Counted from the stretch's first letter, positions 1-12,443 are shown. The stretch: 60,142 nucleotides of DNA from Moniliella sp. 'wahieum' (GCA_003971905.1 RSEE01000050.1:434001-494142), one strand, 5' to 3'. A program made the numbers and translations. Notes: a model not told the origin generated them from the sequence alone.

Positions 1-633
1 CAAGCGTGTTTCCATCCCATATGGACACTTGATGAGATCTGGAGTGCTGATGGTCCTCGAGGGTGATGCAATCGCACTGGCAGTGGTGGTGGTCTAAGCC
101 AACCAGCAACGCCTACAGCAAGCAGCGAGTCGCCACCAGGGGCTAAGCTGCGGAACAAGGAAAAACAGGAGAGAGAAAACAACGGAACTCCCAGGCCTGA
201 GAAGGAACTGAAGGGACATTGGCCAAAGCACGAGCCACCCGATGGCTCAACAACACTGCCTTAGATTGCCAGGCACGACCATGACCTTCTACAGCAAAGC
301 TAGTGGCAAGGAATAGCAATGGGAAACCCACTCAGAAATCACGGTGATGGCTAATGAGTTCTTCGACCGTGATGGGCGTAGCTAACTGTACTGGCTGGAG
401 GTGCAAAGCGGGAATGACAACCCTCCCAGAACGGTGGCCAGCATCAACCTGAGGATGCCTCCGTGCTTTATTGCCAGTGGAGCCAGCTTATCTTTATCTG
501 TGTTTACAAAGGGTTTGGACCCACGTTAGGCCGGATGTGGTAGAACGTGCGTATTCATCATTCAGAAAGAAAATGTCGGAGGGATGTTGGCCATAGTGGC
601 CATGATCCTTTATCAAAGGGGAAAAGGGTATCA

Positions 634-2558
634 TCAAAACCAGATCCAACTCACGAGACGAATCCAACCCGTGGGCGGTGACTCGACAGGTTCAGGGTTC
701 TGGCGGTACTGAGTGATCCAAGGCTGGATGGGGACCTCACTGAGTGGGATCCACAGAGGTGTTTTTGTGACGAATTTGTATCCCAACAAGAGAAGCACAT
801 TAACAATCGGGCAGCAATAGGCCGAGATGAACGTCTGGGCCTCCTGGTTGCCTGTAACAAAAAACTCGAACCCCCCTGTCAAAAGACAGAAAGAAGAACC
901 AAGCAATCCGATCCAGGCCAGGTACGGCTGGAACCAGCTCTGCCACGGCAGCGAGGACCGCGGGATGCCCTGTTTCCGCATAGCGTAGTACACACGCAGA
1001 AAAATCAGGCATGTGACAGCCCATTGGTACAAGGCCAGCGAAGAGACCACACTCTGCAAGTATCCAAATACCTGCGTCGCACTCGAACTCACCACAGTGT
1101 ATCCCAGTGGGAACCCAGAGGTGACAACGAGCACGGCAACCCAAGGAACACCCCATCTGTGGGTCTTGAGAAACGCCTTGGGAGCAAACCCCATGTTTGC
1201 TAGGGCCATTGCTGAGCGGGACGCAGCGAGCGTACCTGCCGCACCAGAGCTGTACGCAGATGTGATACAAACTGCGTTGATGATCGAGGGTAACACTTTG
1301 ACGCCTGCATTGGAGGCGGCAACAACGTAGGGTGATGCGGAGGCGGTACCGGACGAGTTCAAGAGACGAGTATCATTGTAGGGCACAACAAGCCCGACAC
1401 AAAAGACGAGCAGAACGTAAATCCCGCCCACCCGGATAAACACACGCTTGGCTGCGCGAGGCAACGCCTGGCGTGGGTTGCGCGTTTCAGCAGCTGCGGC
1501 GCAGATCGTCTCAATTCCTTGGTAGCTGTACGCAGCGTTTGTGAGTGTGTACCAGAAGCCGAACCAGCGACCCTGGCACCCTTCAGCAGATACTCTGCCA
1601 TTGGGCCAGGATTGCGCCAATACTGAAACCCTGTCATGTGGCCGTGGGGGCCGGCTCCAAGGTCAATACAGATGCAAAAGATGACGAGTCCAATTGCTGT
1701 TGTGAGCTTGAGGATGGAAAACCCGTACTCTGTCTCGCTGTACAAACGAGTAAATGTCAAGTTGGTTGCAAGGAGAACAACGCCAAAGATGGTAATAAAC
1801 ACAGCAGGGGAGATGCTGTCGTTCCAGTATTGAACCAGAGTCGCTGCTGCCGTAAACTCAGCCGGAAGACTGACAAAATTGCCGTACAACATGGCCCAGC
1901 CACTTGCAAACGCCAATCCCTGAGAGACAAACATACCACTGTGGCGGACGTAGTAGCGCTCACTGGTGCCAAAGTGGAAAGCTGACCAGTGTCAGCAGGG
2001 GTTTTGTATAGTATAACAAGACAGGAGACGAAAACTTACTTCGGCTTGACAGAAGAGCATCGAACAAGCAAACACTCCCACGATCAAGTATCCCAGGAAA
2101 AGTGACAGAGGTCCAGCATTGGCCAAGGCCTTTCCAACACCAAGGAAGACACCGGTACCGATGGAGCCTGTCAAAGTCCGTCAGCATCCTTTTGGTCGAT
2201 GATACATCTACAGGACTTCGAGTGAAGACATACCGGCCAATGCGATCATGGCAAGCTGGCGGGAGGTAAATGCTTCGCGGACCTGATCCTGGTCAAAGAG
2301 CTTACTGGCCAATTCGGGATCCACCCCGGAAACATCGCCGTAGGTCCGAACTTTGCCTGCAAATCGGTCCAACGTGCTCACCTTGACATCCACCTTCTCT
2401 CCGTATCCTTTGTCATCCAATTCGGCCTTTTCGTCCGTCGCAGTTGTGTCATGGGCGGCGCGAGGATCGTAGAAGGTGGTGGGGACGTATCCATCTTCGG
2501 GCAACGAGGGTTCTGACGTCGGTGTGGAAGCCTTAGCACGGTGGAAGAACCTCGACAT
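634..2558 (-). CDS. Amino-acid permease (APC superfamily, fungal YAT/Dip5-like); 2 introns, frameshifted in assembly
   Basis: Motifs RQLAMIALAG|SIGTGVFLG, ETEYGFSILK, GFQYWRNPGP, AAYSYQGIET, ASASPYVVAA and multiple TM segments across ORFs 2208-2558, 1992-2174, 1359-1934 and 634-1620. Introns ~2168-2233 (GTATGT..GCTGAC..AG) and ~1982-2039 (GTAAGT..GCTGAC..AG). Confidence 0.93.
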
Positions 2559-4071
2559 GGTGGCGATGATGGTTGGAAGGAAGAACAGGAGGCAGGTGTG
2601 GCGTCAAGGACATACTATCGCACCTTGGTTTCCGCAGTTTTCAAGGCAAGGGGGAGGGTAGCAAGAAGATAATGCGAAGAACCAGGTACCGGCGGGCAGA
2701 TATCCGACTGATAGACATGTCGCATGGTCTTGCGGTCTGTCGTCCACAGAGTGGGCTGCTACCTCTCTCGCGCCTCACGCATCACGCGTGCGGCTGCACG
2801 CCTCCGTGCGACTATGTACGGGGATATAACCGGCTATCTGGAGAGAATGCAATGATGTCAGATATGCGAGCATTACGCCATGGGTTAGGCCAGGGTCCTC
2901 GCAAGCAGCCCGGCGACGTTAGGCAGAGGGGAACTGTCCACAACGCTGCCGCTGATGCACCCTGCGAGCACACGGGGCCAGAGCAGCCTCCAAGGGCTTA
3001 TCTTATCTGCGCCACAATCTTATGGTCACCACAGTGCTGTCCATTACCGGTTACCCATTACCCGTGAGCCAGTGTGCGGCTGTGGCGCTTGCTCTCTATG
3101 TCTCAGATACGAGTAATAGCAAACCACTGCTTTTCCATATTCAACGCAGGGAGGGAACCTATGTTGCAATCCCCATATCGATATGCGCACGGTTCGCACT
3201 TGCCTTCACATTGAAGGGATACGCCATGGTCCCCTATGGCCCTATAGGCCATTGGGCCATTTAAGGCTTAGGCCTTAGGAAGGGCTTAGGCCCCTGTGGA
3301 TTGGACGAAGACCTTCAAGCTTCACCCATCATGCACATCATGCATCATGCATCACTATCAGTAAGTCACTAATAGTCCTAGTCACTCGGTACAAGCGGCT
3401 CGTGCGAGTGCCTTGAGATACCATAGTACTGCGATTTAGGACTCTGAGAGCATGACAGCCAGACTACGGGTTCCCGCCGCTTCACCCAGAGTAGATTTAG
3501 CGCCCACAAGCGGAGTCCGTGGCACCTGAAGCGTGAAGTGAAGCACCTCTCCTAATAGGACTGAGCCTCGGCTGTGAAATGACTCGTCACGCGTCATCAT
3601 ATTCTTCTGACATGTGACACTGCCTCCGACTCTCTTCGCTAATACCTTCTTCTTTCGCTCACCACAGCAATGAATCCCTATCAAGATCATATGGATTTTG
3701 CCTCATCTCCTTTTCGCTTGGTACGGGATCCGATCGTATCACTAATAGCACCAACGTGAGCTGGTGGATAGATAACAAGACCACCAGCAAAAAAAGTAAG
3801 TTGAAATCTCTTCTTCTCTTTTGCTCTCTTCCACGCCTCGCTCGCCTAGGTGGCCCGCTGCCTTTTTGGACCCGAAGCACGTTGCACTTTCTCTTGCAAC
3901 TGTGTGGGTGGCTCAAACCATCTCATCTCTATACACCCGCGATAGGGCGGTGTGCAGCACCGGCAAACAGATATGATGGCCCCGAATGACCATTGTGTGC
4001 GAGATGAAGCCTGAAGGATGGGACCGATTAGGGTTAAGACATCTGTATTCATCAGACGTAACTATCATTAG

Positions 4072-4545
4072 TAGTTGAGCTGATCTTGCTCCCATTTCCA
4101 ATTTCTTCGTCCCAACCGTCTCGCTCTTTCCCTGTTCTTCCACTTCTCGCCATACCCGCTGCTTCTGCTTCTCTTCCCCACGAATGATAATGTCACAATC
4201 GGGGCTAAGGCGAGGGAGACCAGAGTCGGGACTAGGCCATGGGATGAAGCAATCGTTCGTGGGGAGGAAGCCAAAGGAAGGACATGGTGCAAAGTGGAAG
4301 AAACAGAGAAAAGGGGAGACGCACGGGAGAGAGAAATTGGAAATGGGAGCGAGATCAGCAAAACTATGAAAGCAACAGTCGGAGATAGTCGAGGGAGACC
4401 AAAAGGTCCTGTCGGAGACGGTGGAATTGGCAAGATCATTCGTGGAAGGAAACGAGAGGCATCGGACAGATAACAGAAGCGCAAGGGAGAGGAAAGAGCG
4501 AGATACACGGGATGTAGAATTGGGAAGTGGAGCGAGAGCTGTCAA
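4072..4545. repeat. ~175-bp repeat family: inverted partial copy (4072-4188) plus two diverged tandem copies (~4195-4368, ~4373-4545)
   Basis: Blocks GAGGGAGACC, RTCRTTCGTGG and AATTGGRAAnnGGAGCGAG recur in both tandem units. The reverse complement of 4072-4188 aligns to 4252-4368 (ATC(A/G)TTCGTGGGGA...GAAATTGGAAATGGGAGC(A/G)AGATCAGC). Confidence 0.8.
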
Positions 4546-5482
4546 TCACGGTTACAATAACAGAGGTCCCATTGGCCACTGAGAAAAGAGGGGGAAATGT
4601 CATATTGGGGGGTCCGCTTCCGCTTTCCGGTGGAGATGAGGTGAGTTCCTCTTGGAGGTATGGAGAGAATAAGGCGGAGAATGAAGCAAGGGCCGTCAGT
4701 ACCATTGTCTTGCAGAGAGTAATTGTTGAACGGATCAACAGTTGATGATATTGACGGGCAAAAAACGATGCCGGCATATTTTCAGTTACTATAGAAGCTG
4801 AAGAGAGACGGGATCCCTGCCTTCAGTCGATCTCGGCCTCGTCTCAGTGACCTAATGAGGATCTGAAAGCTTTACCTTGCATTACCATCTCAATTGCCAA
4901 CAAAAAAGATGTGATCGTATCGACATGCCTCTTCTGTCTCTCCTTCTCTCTCACTACTTATCGAAATGCCACATGTAGCGGCGTTCCCTGTCCTGCTTGT
5001 GGCCGAAAAGCTAGACCTCTCCCACTGGATACCAAAAGTTCCCTAAACCCAGCTAGCGGGCGACTCAATAATGGACTACCACTGGGTATCTCGTCCGGTT
5101 TGGGCGACACTTCTTCCAGCAACCCAACGATATACTGGAAGGTATCAGGGTCAAAATGTCTTAGTATAGTAGCAACAAAGAGAGCCGCCCAACAGTGCAC
5201 ATATTCCGAATCGCCTTGCCACTAGAGCATCTCTTTTCTCATCATCAAGCAAGCATCAAATGCGTAGTTACTATACGGTTTCTTTCAAAGTATCGTACTG
5301 GAACGCTTCGCGGCATCCATTGCAAAACAGGTCGAACAGGGGGAACGAAACCAGGAGAGAGAAAACTGGTCAAAAAGTACTCTCGCAGCCCCCAAATGTC
5401 GCACGCCTATGCAGTGGCGAACATAGTTCCGTATATATATATCGGGCACAGAACGTCTAACAGTTGGCAACAGGCTCGCTCC

Positions 5483-7186
5483 CTACACAAGGGGAGAAAA
5501 CTGTGCCCGGTATTGGTTCTTGATGGGCAAAGTGAGCGATTCGGCAAAGTCCGGTGGAGAAGCGGCCAATTCGTCGTCAGAGAGGCGTACCTCAAACTTG
5601 CCAAGCAAGCCTGCCAGGACCGAGCACCCCTCGTAGGTGGCCAGCGTCTGTCCCAAAACAGAGACGAGGACCCGCATTGAATGCGTGGAAGACAAAGGGA
5701 CTGAAGGTGCGCAGTGATCCATCCTCTTTAAGGAAGCGCTCTGGCTTGAACTCGGCACAGTCTGGACCCCAAATTTCCGGCATCCGTCCCATAACCCAAT
5801 CGGACCAAAGGACGGTGGTGCCCTTTTGGACGTGCACTTTAGGAAGCTGTCCCGGTTGCACGGGCTCGGCCCCTGTTCCGTACCCCTCTTGGAAGGAAGA
5901 GGAAGGAATGATGACGTCGTCCTCCACAACAAACTTGACATTCTTCGGTACCGATGGCCACAAGCGCAAGGTTTCGTTAAACACCGCTTGCGTATAAGGC
6001 TACTCTTGAGATCATCATAGTCCATCGGGCGCTGCGCTTCGGGAGGACCAAGCACATCAGCCACTCCTCTCGCAACTTGGCCACCACCCGCGGGTTCTGA
6101 TGCAACATATAGAACGCCCATCCGAGCGCTTGCGCCGTGGTGTCGCGTCCAGCAATGATAAAGTTGAGACAAACGTTCACGAGCATTTCCCGATCACAGC
6201 CTGGTCGATAAAGAGCTGGAGCAAGTCCTTGCCTGTCCCTTGCTTTTACTTAGATTCGCACTGCCTGAACGAATGGCTTCAAAGCGCTGGTCAATGATTT
6301 GGTAGCACGTCCCATGCATCAGCTTGACGCCTCGCATCTTCTCCCGTCGTGGAGAAGCGCTCCGTAAACTTCCACATTGGATGGTGAACCGCTTCATCAC
6401 CATCACTTGGGCCCAGTCAAAGGCAGTGGCAAAGGGAATTCTTTGTTTAGTCCCGTGTGCTCCGAAGGAAGAAAGCCTTGGGGGGCAGCAAAAGCCATCT
6501 CGAGGAACGAGTCGAGGTGAAGCGGAACATGAGATCGGAGAATACCGTGGTCAGTCTCGATACAATCGGCTGCCAAGCTTGCAGCGTCCAACCGACTGTT
6601 GGTACTGTGGTCTGCACGTGCTCGCGAAAATTGTTGACGCTAAAGATGCGGCTGGCGAGCTTACGTTGCGTGAGAAGTGGGGTCAGTTTCTGCTTGTTGT
6701 TTCATAAGGGAGAACAAAGAAAAAGAGGTAAAACCTGTCTCCAAACATTGCCATCGGCAACAAAGATCCTTCTTCAGACAAAAGGTCGGTCATTGTTGAG
6801 CCTAGGATTTTCCCCTTGGGATAGTTTTCGAAGTGGGTCTTCTGAATGTGCTCGATGTACTCAGGCCGGTTGAGCACGAGGGTGCGGCCGCCAAGGGTGA
6901 GGGGGATGGAGAAACTGAAGGGCATTCCGCCGGGCCCAAGGGTGCGCTGATAATCGAGAAGGTAGCGGATGATGCCGTCAAGTTTGCCGGCCAATCCAGG
7001 ACTGACGAGCGACCATGTACCGACAAGAGGGTAGGTGCCTTGGGCTACTGGAATTCCTGGTTGGGCAGCCCGTACCCCAAGCGGACGGTCGGGGTGCATG
7101 GCCAAGAGCACAACCAGCACAAGGACTGCGCTGCCGATGGCAAGCGTTAGGGGACTCGAAGTCACCAGTGTTGATACAATGGCCAT
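5483..7186 (-). CDS. Cytochrome P450, CYP86/94/704-like (probable fatty-acid/alkane hydroxylase type); frameshifted
   Basis: N-terminal TM anchor, HFENYPKG, I-helix NFIIAGRDTTAQAL, ExxR motif FNETLRLWPSVP, FKPERF and heme signature FHAFNAGPRLC. Probable intron ~6670-6734. Confidence 0.93.
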
Positions 7187-7864
7187 GGTCCAAATGCAGG
7201 AACTTGGAATGTGGGAGGAGAGGTGCTCTAGGGGGTTGGTGGTAAACCGTCAGAGCAAGGGGGGGCGCTCTTCCTTAAGTTATACAAAGGTCTCATTTTC
7301 TGCTTAAGATAGGCTGTTTTACTAGTACATATTATTGTGCTGAGTAATAACAGGGTTTGGGGAAAATAAGGTGGGATTCAGCTGTGTGGGGGCCGAGCCT
7401 GTGTGGGGGTTCTATCGGACTGGCGCGTGAACGTGATCGTGCGACCGTGCATATGTCCAATCGGCAGCAGTATCAGCGCAAGCGCCTGTCCGATTTTGCG
7501 GGGAGCAATCCTCTTCGATGGGCTCAGCGCCGAGTCATTATATGAACGGTTGGAGGAGAGAAAATGTGCACGAGTGCAAGAGGGCAAGAGGGAAAGAGTA
7601 CGAGGGGTGCAAGTGCAACGGCCGACGGACGGGTCTACGTGAAAGAGACGGTGTCACATGTCATTAAATTGCTGACTATTCCCCCACCAAAAGCGGCTTG
7701 CCTCTCTGTGTAATAGGAATCGATCTCAGCATTATATCATGCCAATCACATTTGCCCTCCGGCCTCTCCCTTTTGGGTTGGGAGGGCCAGGGCGAGCGCT
7801 GGCGAGCCTCAAAAAACGTCAACACATCTAAGACAGTAAGACAATACAACTTTGTGGTGGCCGA

Positions 7865-7917
7865 TGACCGGTGACCGGTGACTAGTGACTTTCGAATGAA
7901 CGTTCATTGAACGTTGA
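7865..7917. repeat. 7-bp-period TNA-palindrome array
   Basis: TGA CCGG TGA CCGG TGA CTAG TGA (7865-7888), TGA ACGT TCA (7897-7906) and TGA ACGT TGA (7908-7917). Confidence 0.9.
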
Positions 7918-8419
7918 ACGTGTTAAACGCGAATATATAGGAAAGGCAGCTTCTTGGTCCGACTTGGGGCATGCTGCGATTTCTCTCTCTTCAGTCGATG
8001 AGGCCAGTAAGGCCCAAGGCTTAAGGCCTTTAAGGCCCGGCCGAGCTCGGCGATCAGGTTGATCTCTAATATCCCGCGCATGGGGCGCGCGCATGCAGTG
8101 CTGCACGTATTATATGGCGTTCCCAAATGCCCAGCTTTCACAGTCCAACAGCAAAGCCGACTTGAACACCACCGTTTTTCTTTTGGGGCTCTGTGGACTC
8201 TTATTTTTGTTGTTGGGTCCCCAGAGAGCCCTATTGTCGTGGTCCAGAGGCCTTGTGAGATTCAGGAACCCCCAACCACTGCCGCCCGAGATGACAATCT
8301 TCACCCGCTCAGGCCGGGTGGAAGGCCGGCAGAGACGACGTGCCTCTCTCCCATTGTGTGGGGTATTATGACAAGAAAAGCTGCTCCAGAAGCTGGACGA
8401 TGCCGATGGTCGCCATGTG

Positions 8420-9525
8420 GTTGAGCACAGCAACCCGCTGAGCCACACTTGGCTCTCCTCCATTCCATCCGCTCCGTGCCTCCGGCTCTCTGACAAGCAG
8501 GTTGAGGTCGGCTTCCAGCTCCACAAGCTGTGCCGCGCTTGCACTCCACCCAGGCCAAGTTTGGTGCGTTGCATGAGGCAGTCCGGGAGCCCATTCTCCA
8601 GCTCGTGCGCTCTATCCCCGACACCCACGTCCACAAGGAACCTACTGTGGAGGAAGAGGATGGAACGAGGCGCGAGCGGAGGGCACTGTGCGCACTGACT
8701 TCCGCGTGATAGGGCCTGGAGCAATCGGGGGATCAGGAATGGAGATGGACCACACGCTGCGCGACACGGGATCGCAGGAGGCGCAGAGCGCGTACCGGAG
8801 GGTGGTGCATGCGAGCACCGCGACGCCTTTGGAACGCCGGGAGAAGAAGCTGCTTCGCCCGCTGACAAGAACGCCAAGGACCAAGGACCAGGGACGCACT
8901 CAAGAGACGTTTCCCCCCTGGTTTTGACGGTGCAATGATACTACGGCACCAAGACGCGGGCAAGATGCTCGCGCTGTGGAATGATTCGACTACTGACTCT
9001 CAATGGAATGGTTCCTCTCTCAGATGTCTATCACGTTCATCCGTGTCCACACGCGCTACCGTGGGTATGGGAACGGATGCGGGGAGGGTCATGATATCAT
9101 GGCGATTCCCCTGGCTCCTTAACAGGGGTAGCGCTACCAGGCAACACACGCAAGATGAACAGGTCTTCGGTTTAGGTGTAGTGTTTCCCTGTCCCAGCCT
9201 TTTTAAGCTCTGTCAATGATATGGATAAGATACCTTTCTGATGTCCTACCGTTGCTGGAGGGTAATGCTAGGATCCCCCCCTGCACAGCTCTCAGTTGTG
9301 CCAATTGGCGACGCTCGCCTAACTAACCGCGGCGGAAGAGTTCCGCTTCCAGGCTGCACACCCAATGCTCGTTCCATCACCCTCCTCTTTCTCTTCTGTC
9401 TCCTCCCCTTCGGACGTTGCTTGAAGACGTGTGGCCCCAATTTTTTGCTTTCACGACTTGTCTCTGCTTTGCAGTTGATTCATGGGATCGTCGAGTGCTC
9501 CCAAGTCGCACTCTAGCAAAAAAAG
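8420..9525 (+). mobile_element. Degenerate 3' fragment of a CRE/Cnl1-like non-LTR retrotransposon (restriction-like endonuclease region, 3' UTR, A-tail)
   Basis: Frame-hopping translation gives WLSSIPSAPCLRLSDKQVEVG (from 8450), HEAVREPILQLVRSIPDTHVHKEP (from 8572), RTDFRVIGPGAIGGSGMEMDHT (from 8691) and LERREKK. This motif order matches my recollection of the C-terminal RLE domain of CRE-clade elements. The segment ends CCCAAGTCGCACTCTAGC-A8 (9500-9525), and its 3' part is repeated at 59187-59364. Confidence 0.6.
9095..9226 (+). repeat. MITE-like family copy (right terminal repeat only), lying inside the LINE relic
   Basis: Aligns to 20570-20697: TGGCGA..CCCCTGG.TCCTT, CGCAAGATGAAC, TTCGGTTTAG, TCCCAGCCTT, TAAGCTCTGTCAATGATATG. 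Confidence 0.8.
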
Positions 9526-9715
9526 TGTCTCTGGTTTTCATCAACCAGTATAGTTGCAAAGGTGAGATGGACAGGTGAGAATACAAAAGGCACCGAATAA
9601 AGGTGCGATACAGGGAGAAAACAGGCAAAGATCGATGAGCATAATATAGAGTGCTGTGACTTTTGAGCAGAAAATGGCCCACGTCCCTACCAGTCAACCT
9701 CCAATCAAAGCCTGT

Positions 9716-12443
9716 TCAAGATCCGACAGGCGAGGTGGTCTGACTGGGGATGGGGTTAGCGGGGTCGGGGAAGGGTTTGGCCAAGTTCATAAACCCAGCC
9801 ACCCGGCCCAAGTCAACCGAAGGACCATCGGACTCGACCGCAACAACCAAATCGTCCAGCATATCCTCCACCCGCGCTTCATCCACGTTACAGCACCGCG
9901 CCATGCGCGACGACATTGTTCCACATGGGCGGCCGCCTGGGAGGCGATGGATTCCGACTTAGCGTTCCACTGGGAAGCTTGTTGTTGCAGCGCAGTAGCA
10001 AGCCAGCGCAAGCGGACCAAGTCCGCCTCCGCATCCGTCTCCATCGGACTGGAAGATAGGTGAGGCTGGAGAAACAAGTCCCAAGGTTGATTGGCTTTGG
10101 TACGATCCGCCTCGAGCGCGTCGAGCTCACCTTGCTCATCGGGCGGCAACGAAGAGCCAGGGTCCGGCGCCGAAAGAGAAGAAATAATTTGATCCACATG
10201 GGCTACGGTATGCTTGGCTTGGTCAATCTCACTAGCGGCTTGTTGTGCTTCGGCCAGTTGTTGTCGTCGAGTGGAAAGAGCACGGGTAGAGACTTGGAGC
10301 GCTGCCTGCGCCTTAGCCAATGCCGCGTGTTTGTTGTTCATCTCTTCGGCATGGAGTGTCCTGAGGTCCTGGAGTACTGCATGGATGCCTGGATCACGTC
10401 GCAGTTAGCCTCAGGCCCCAAACACAGAAGGAAAAAAGAGAAAACAGACCGTTCATCGCATCTTGGTCCTTGACCAGTGGGCTGGAAGAAGCACTCGCCT
10501 CCTGACGCGACTGCCACGTTGGGGACATCTAAGCCAGCTCCTACTCCCCAGTCTGCTGGACGAATACCGAGGTGATTGGGAATATCCTGGCGAGCTCCAC
10601 ACTCGACCAACATTCGGATCATACCTGCGTTCCCAATTCGAGAAACAATGCCCAGTGCCGTTTCGCCATCCTCATCCTGCGCGTTCAGCAGTTCATGCGC
10701 CTTGGCCGGGGAAAACACGGGCTCGAATTGGCTGTCGGGGTCGGTCGCGCCAGGGCGTTGGGGGAAGAGAACGTCAAGCACCGAGGCGAGATAATATCGT
10801 GCCGAAGCTGTCCGTCCCCGTAAGGCAGCCACCATGGCAATGTGATGAAGAATGGAGCGGCGTTATAGTCACGTGTCGCCATTGACTCGCCCAGCAAGCT
10901 CATAATGACAGGAAACACGTTCGCCTCAAACCCATTCGTTACTAGGACAGCACGGTGAAGTGCTGTTTCTCCCGCAAAATTGCCCGCTTGCACGTTTGCG
11001 CCTCCTTGATGGGGGGCAGAGCCACTAGCATCTTGACCAAGCCAACTTGGCCCAATGCTGCCGCCCAATGGAGCGGAGCGTGGCCATGGTCGTCAATCAT
11101 AATGTTCACGCTTACCGCTGGTACGGAGACGGAGGGCCCCGCGGCCTGAGCCAGTACAGCTGACATGCGAGCTAAGTGGGCTTGCAATTGGGTTGTATAT
11201 GCAGCCAATTGGCTGTTCGGGTCAGTTTCGGCATTGGAATCGAGAAAGACATTTGTCAAGGCATCCTTCAAAGCCCGTTCCTGCGCCTCGTCTGCCCCCG
11301 CCGAGAGGAATGCCTGAGGGCGGTCGGCAAAGCGAGCAGTGGGGTCATGCGCCAAGGCTTCGGGGGGACCGAGAATCATCCTGGCACTCTTGCCCATCCG
11401 GAGTGCAGCAGCCCCGGCGCTGTCCGAGGGCGCGAAGGCGGCAGTGCGAAGCAGACCCCTTCGGGGCCAAGCGTATTGAGATCCCGTACCGGCTCAAGCC
11501 CAGCCAATATGTCCGAAGCCCCGCCCTCCCCGCTGCTTCCAAGAGATCCCGCACGAGCACTCAACGGGGCAGGACCCGGCGGCGAAGTCGATGGTTCGAA
11601 TCGTGGCCGCTTGTGCTGGATGGTTTGAAGGCGGGCACAGAGGAGGAAACGAGGAACCTGGGTTGGTGCAGTGGAAGCAGTGCTGGTTTCGGGAGGGGCA
11701 AAGGCTGGGGGAGGGGGAGGATAGCCCGGTTGCTGGTGCGGCAGAGTGAAAACTCTATGAGGGCGGCTGCCGCCGCCGCTGCGGCAACGGCGGCAGCGGT
11801 GACTGCCGGTGCCGATCCGTTGCTGAGAGGAGGTGGAGGGGCGTTGGCAGGCAAGCGGTTCACGCTCTGTTGCGAGGGCGCATTCGGATTGGGTCGCTTG
11901 CCCTTGGGGGCGACAGTGAGTGTGCCGTCCGAGGCAGGGTCGAATTCCAAGAGCGTTTTGAGTAGGTGAGCGACATTGAACTGGGCTGCCAACTGGATGC
12001 CGCGAGGAAGCGGGACCCATGTACCCTGGTACTTTCCGTACCCACCCTGCACCTTCTCGTGTTCGCCGGTGAGGATGACCTTGTCGAGCACCTTTGTCCG
12101 CCGCGTCTTGCTCACCCCAGCGACCTTGAGGATCTGGGTCGCATTCAGGTAGCCATCCTCTCTCCTCCGCATGCACGCAATGCCGCGGACGGTGAGCTCG
12201 TACACGGGCACACCAGAGTAGGTCGCCAGATAGATGCGTGCGGGCGCGGCGATGGGGGTGGCGCGCCGCGGGCCCCAGGCGGCAGCATGGAGATGGCGGT
12301 GTGGAGGTGGCAGCGGCAGTGGGTGGGGCAACTGCCAGGCCAGGCATCGAGGGCGGCGGGAGGGGGCTGGGCGGCACAGGCGACGGCGTGGGCGCACTGC
12401 CGGCCGAGGGCGTCGGAGCAGACGCGGGCGATGCAGCGTCCAT
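9716..12443 (-). CDS. MBP1: APSES (KilA-N) + ankyrin-repeat G1/S transcription factor, Mbp1/Swi4/Res1-Res2 family; frameshifted
   Basis: IYLATYSGVPVYE..MRRREDGYLNATQILKVAG..HEKVQGGYGKYQGTWVPL; ankyrins IDDHGHAPLHWAAALG, GETALHRAV, LNAQDEDGETAL; C-terminal MLDDLVVAVESDG..DLGRVAGFM. Intron ~10389-10498. The exact orthologue (Mbp1 vs Swi4/Res) is not resolved. Confidence 0.88.

Noticed and set aside
150..190. CAGGAGAGAGAAAAC shared with 5352-5366 and similar to ~59304
   Set aside because: Short purine-rich match without convincing flanking homology. It may be old TE debris but cannot be supported.
9500..9525. Helitron 3' end (CTAG terminus)
   Set aside because: The conserved hairpin is ~160 bp upstream rather than ~10-15 bp, and an A-tail plus RLE-like motifs fit a non-LTR element better.
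11590..11605. GGTTCGAATC tRNA T-loop-like motif
   Set aside because: It lies inside the APSES CDS with no cloverleaf context. No tRNA or rRNA gene was found in the window.
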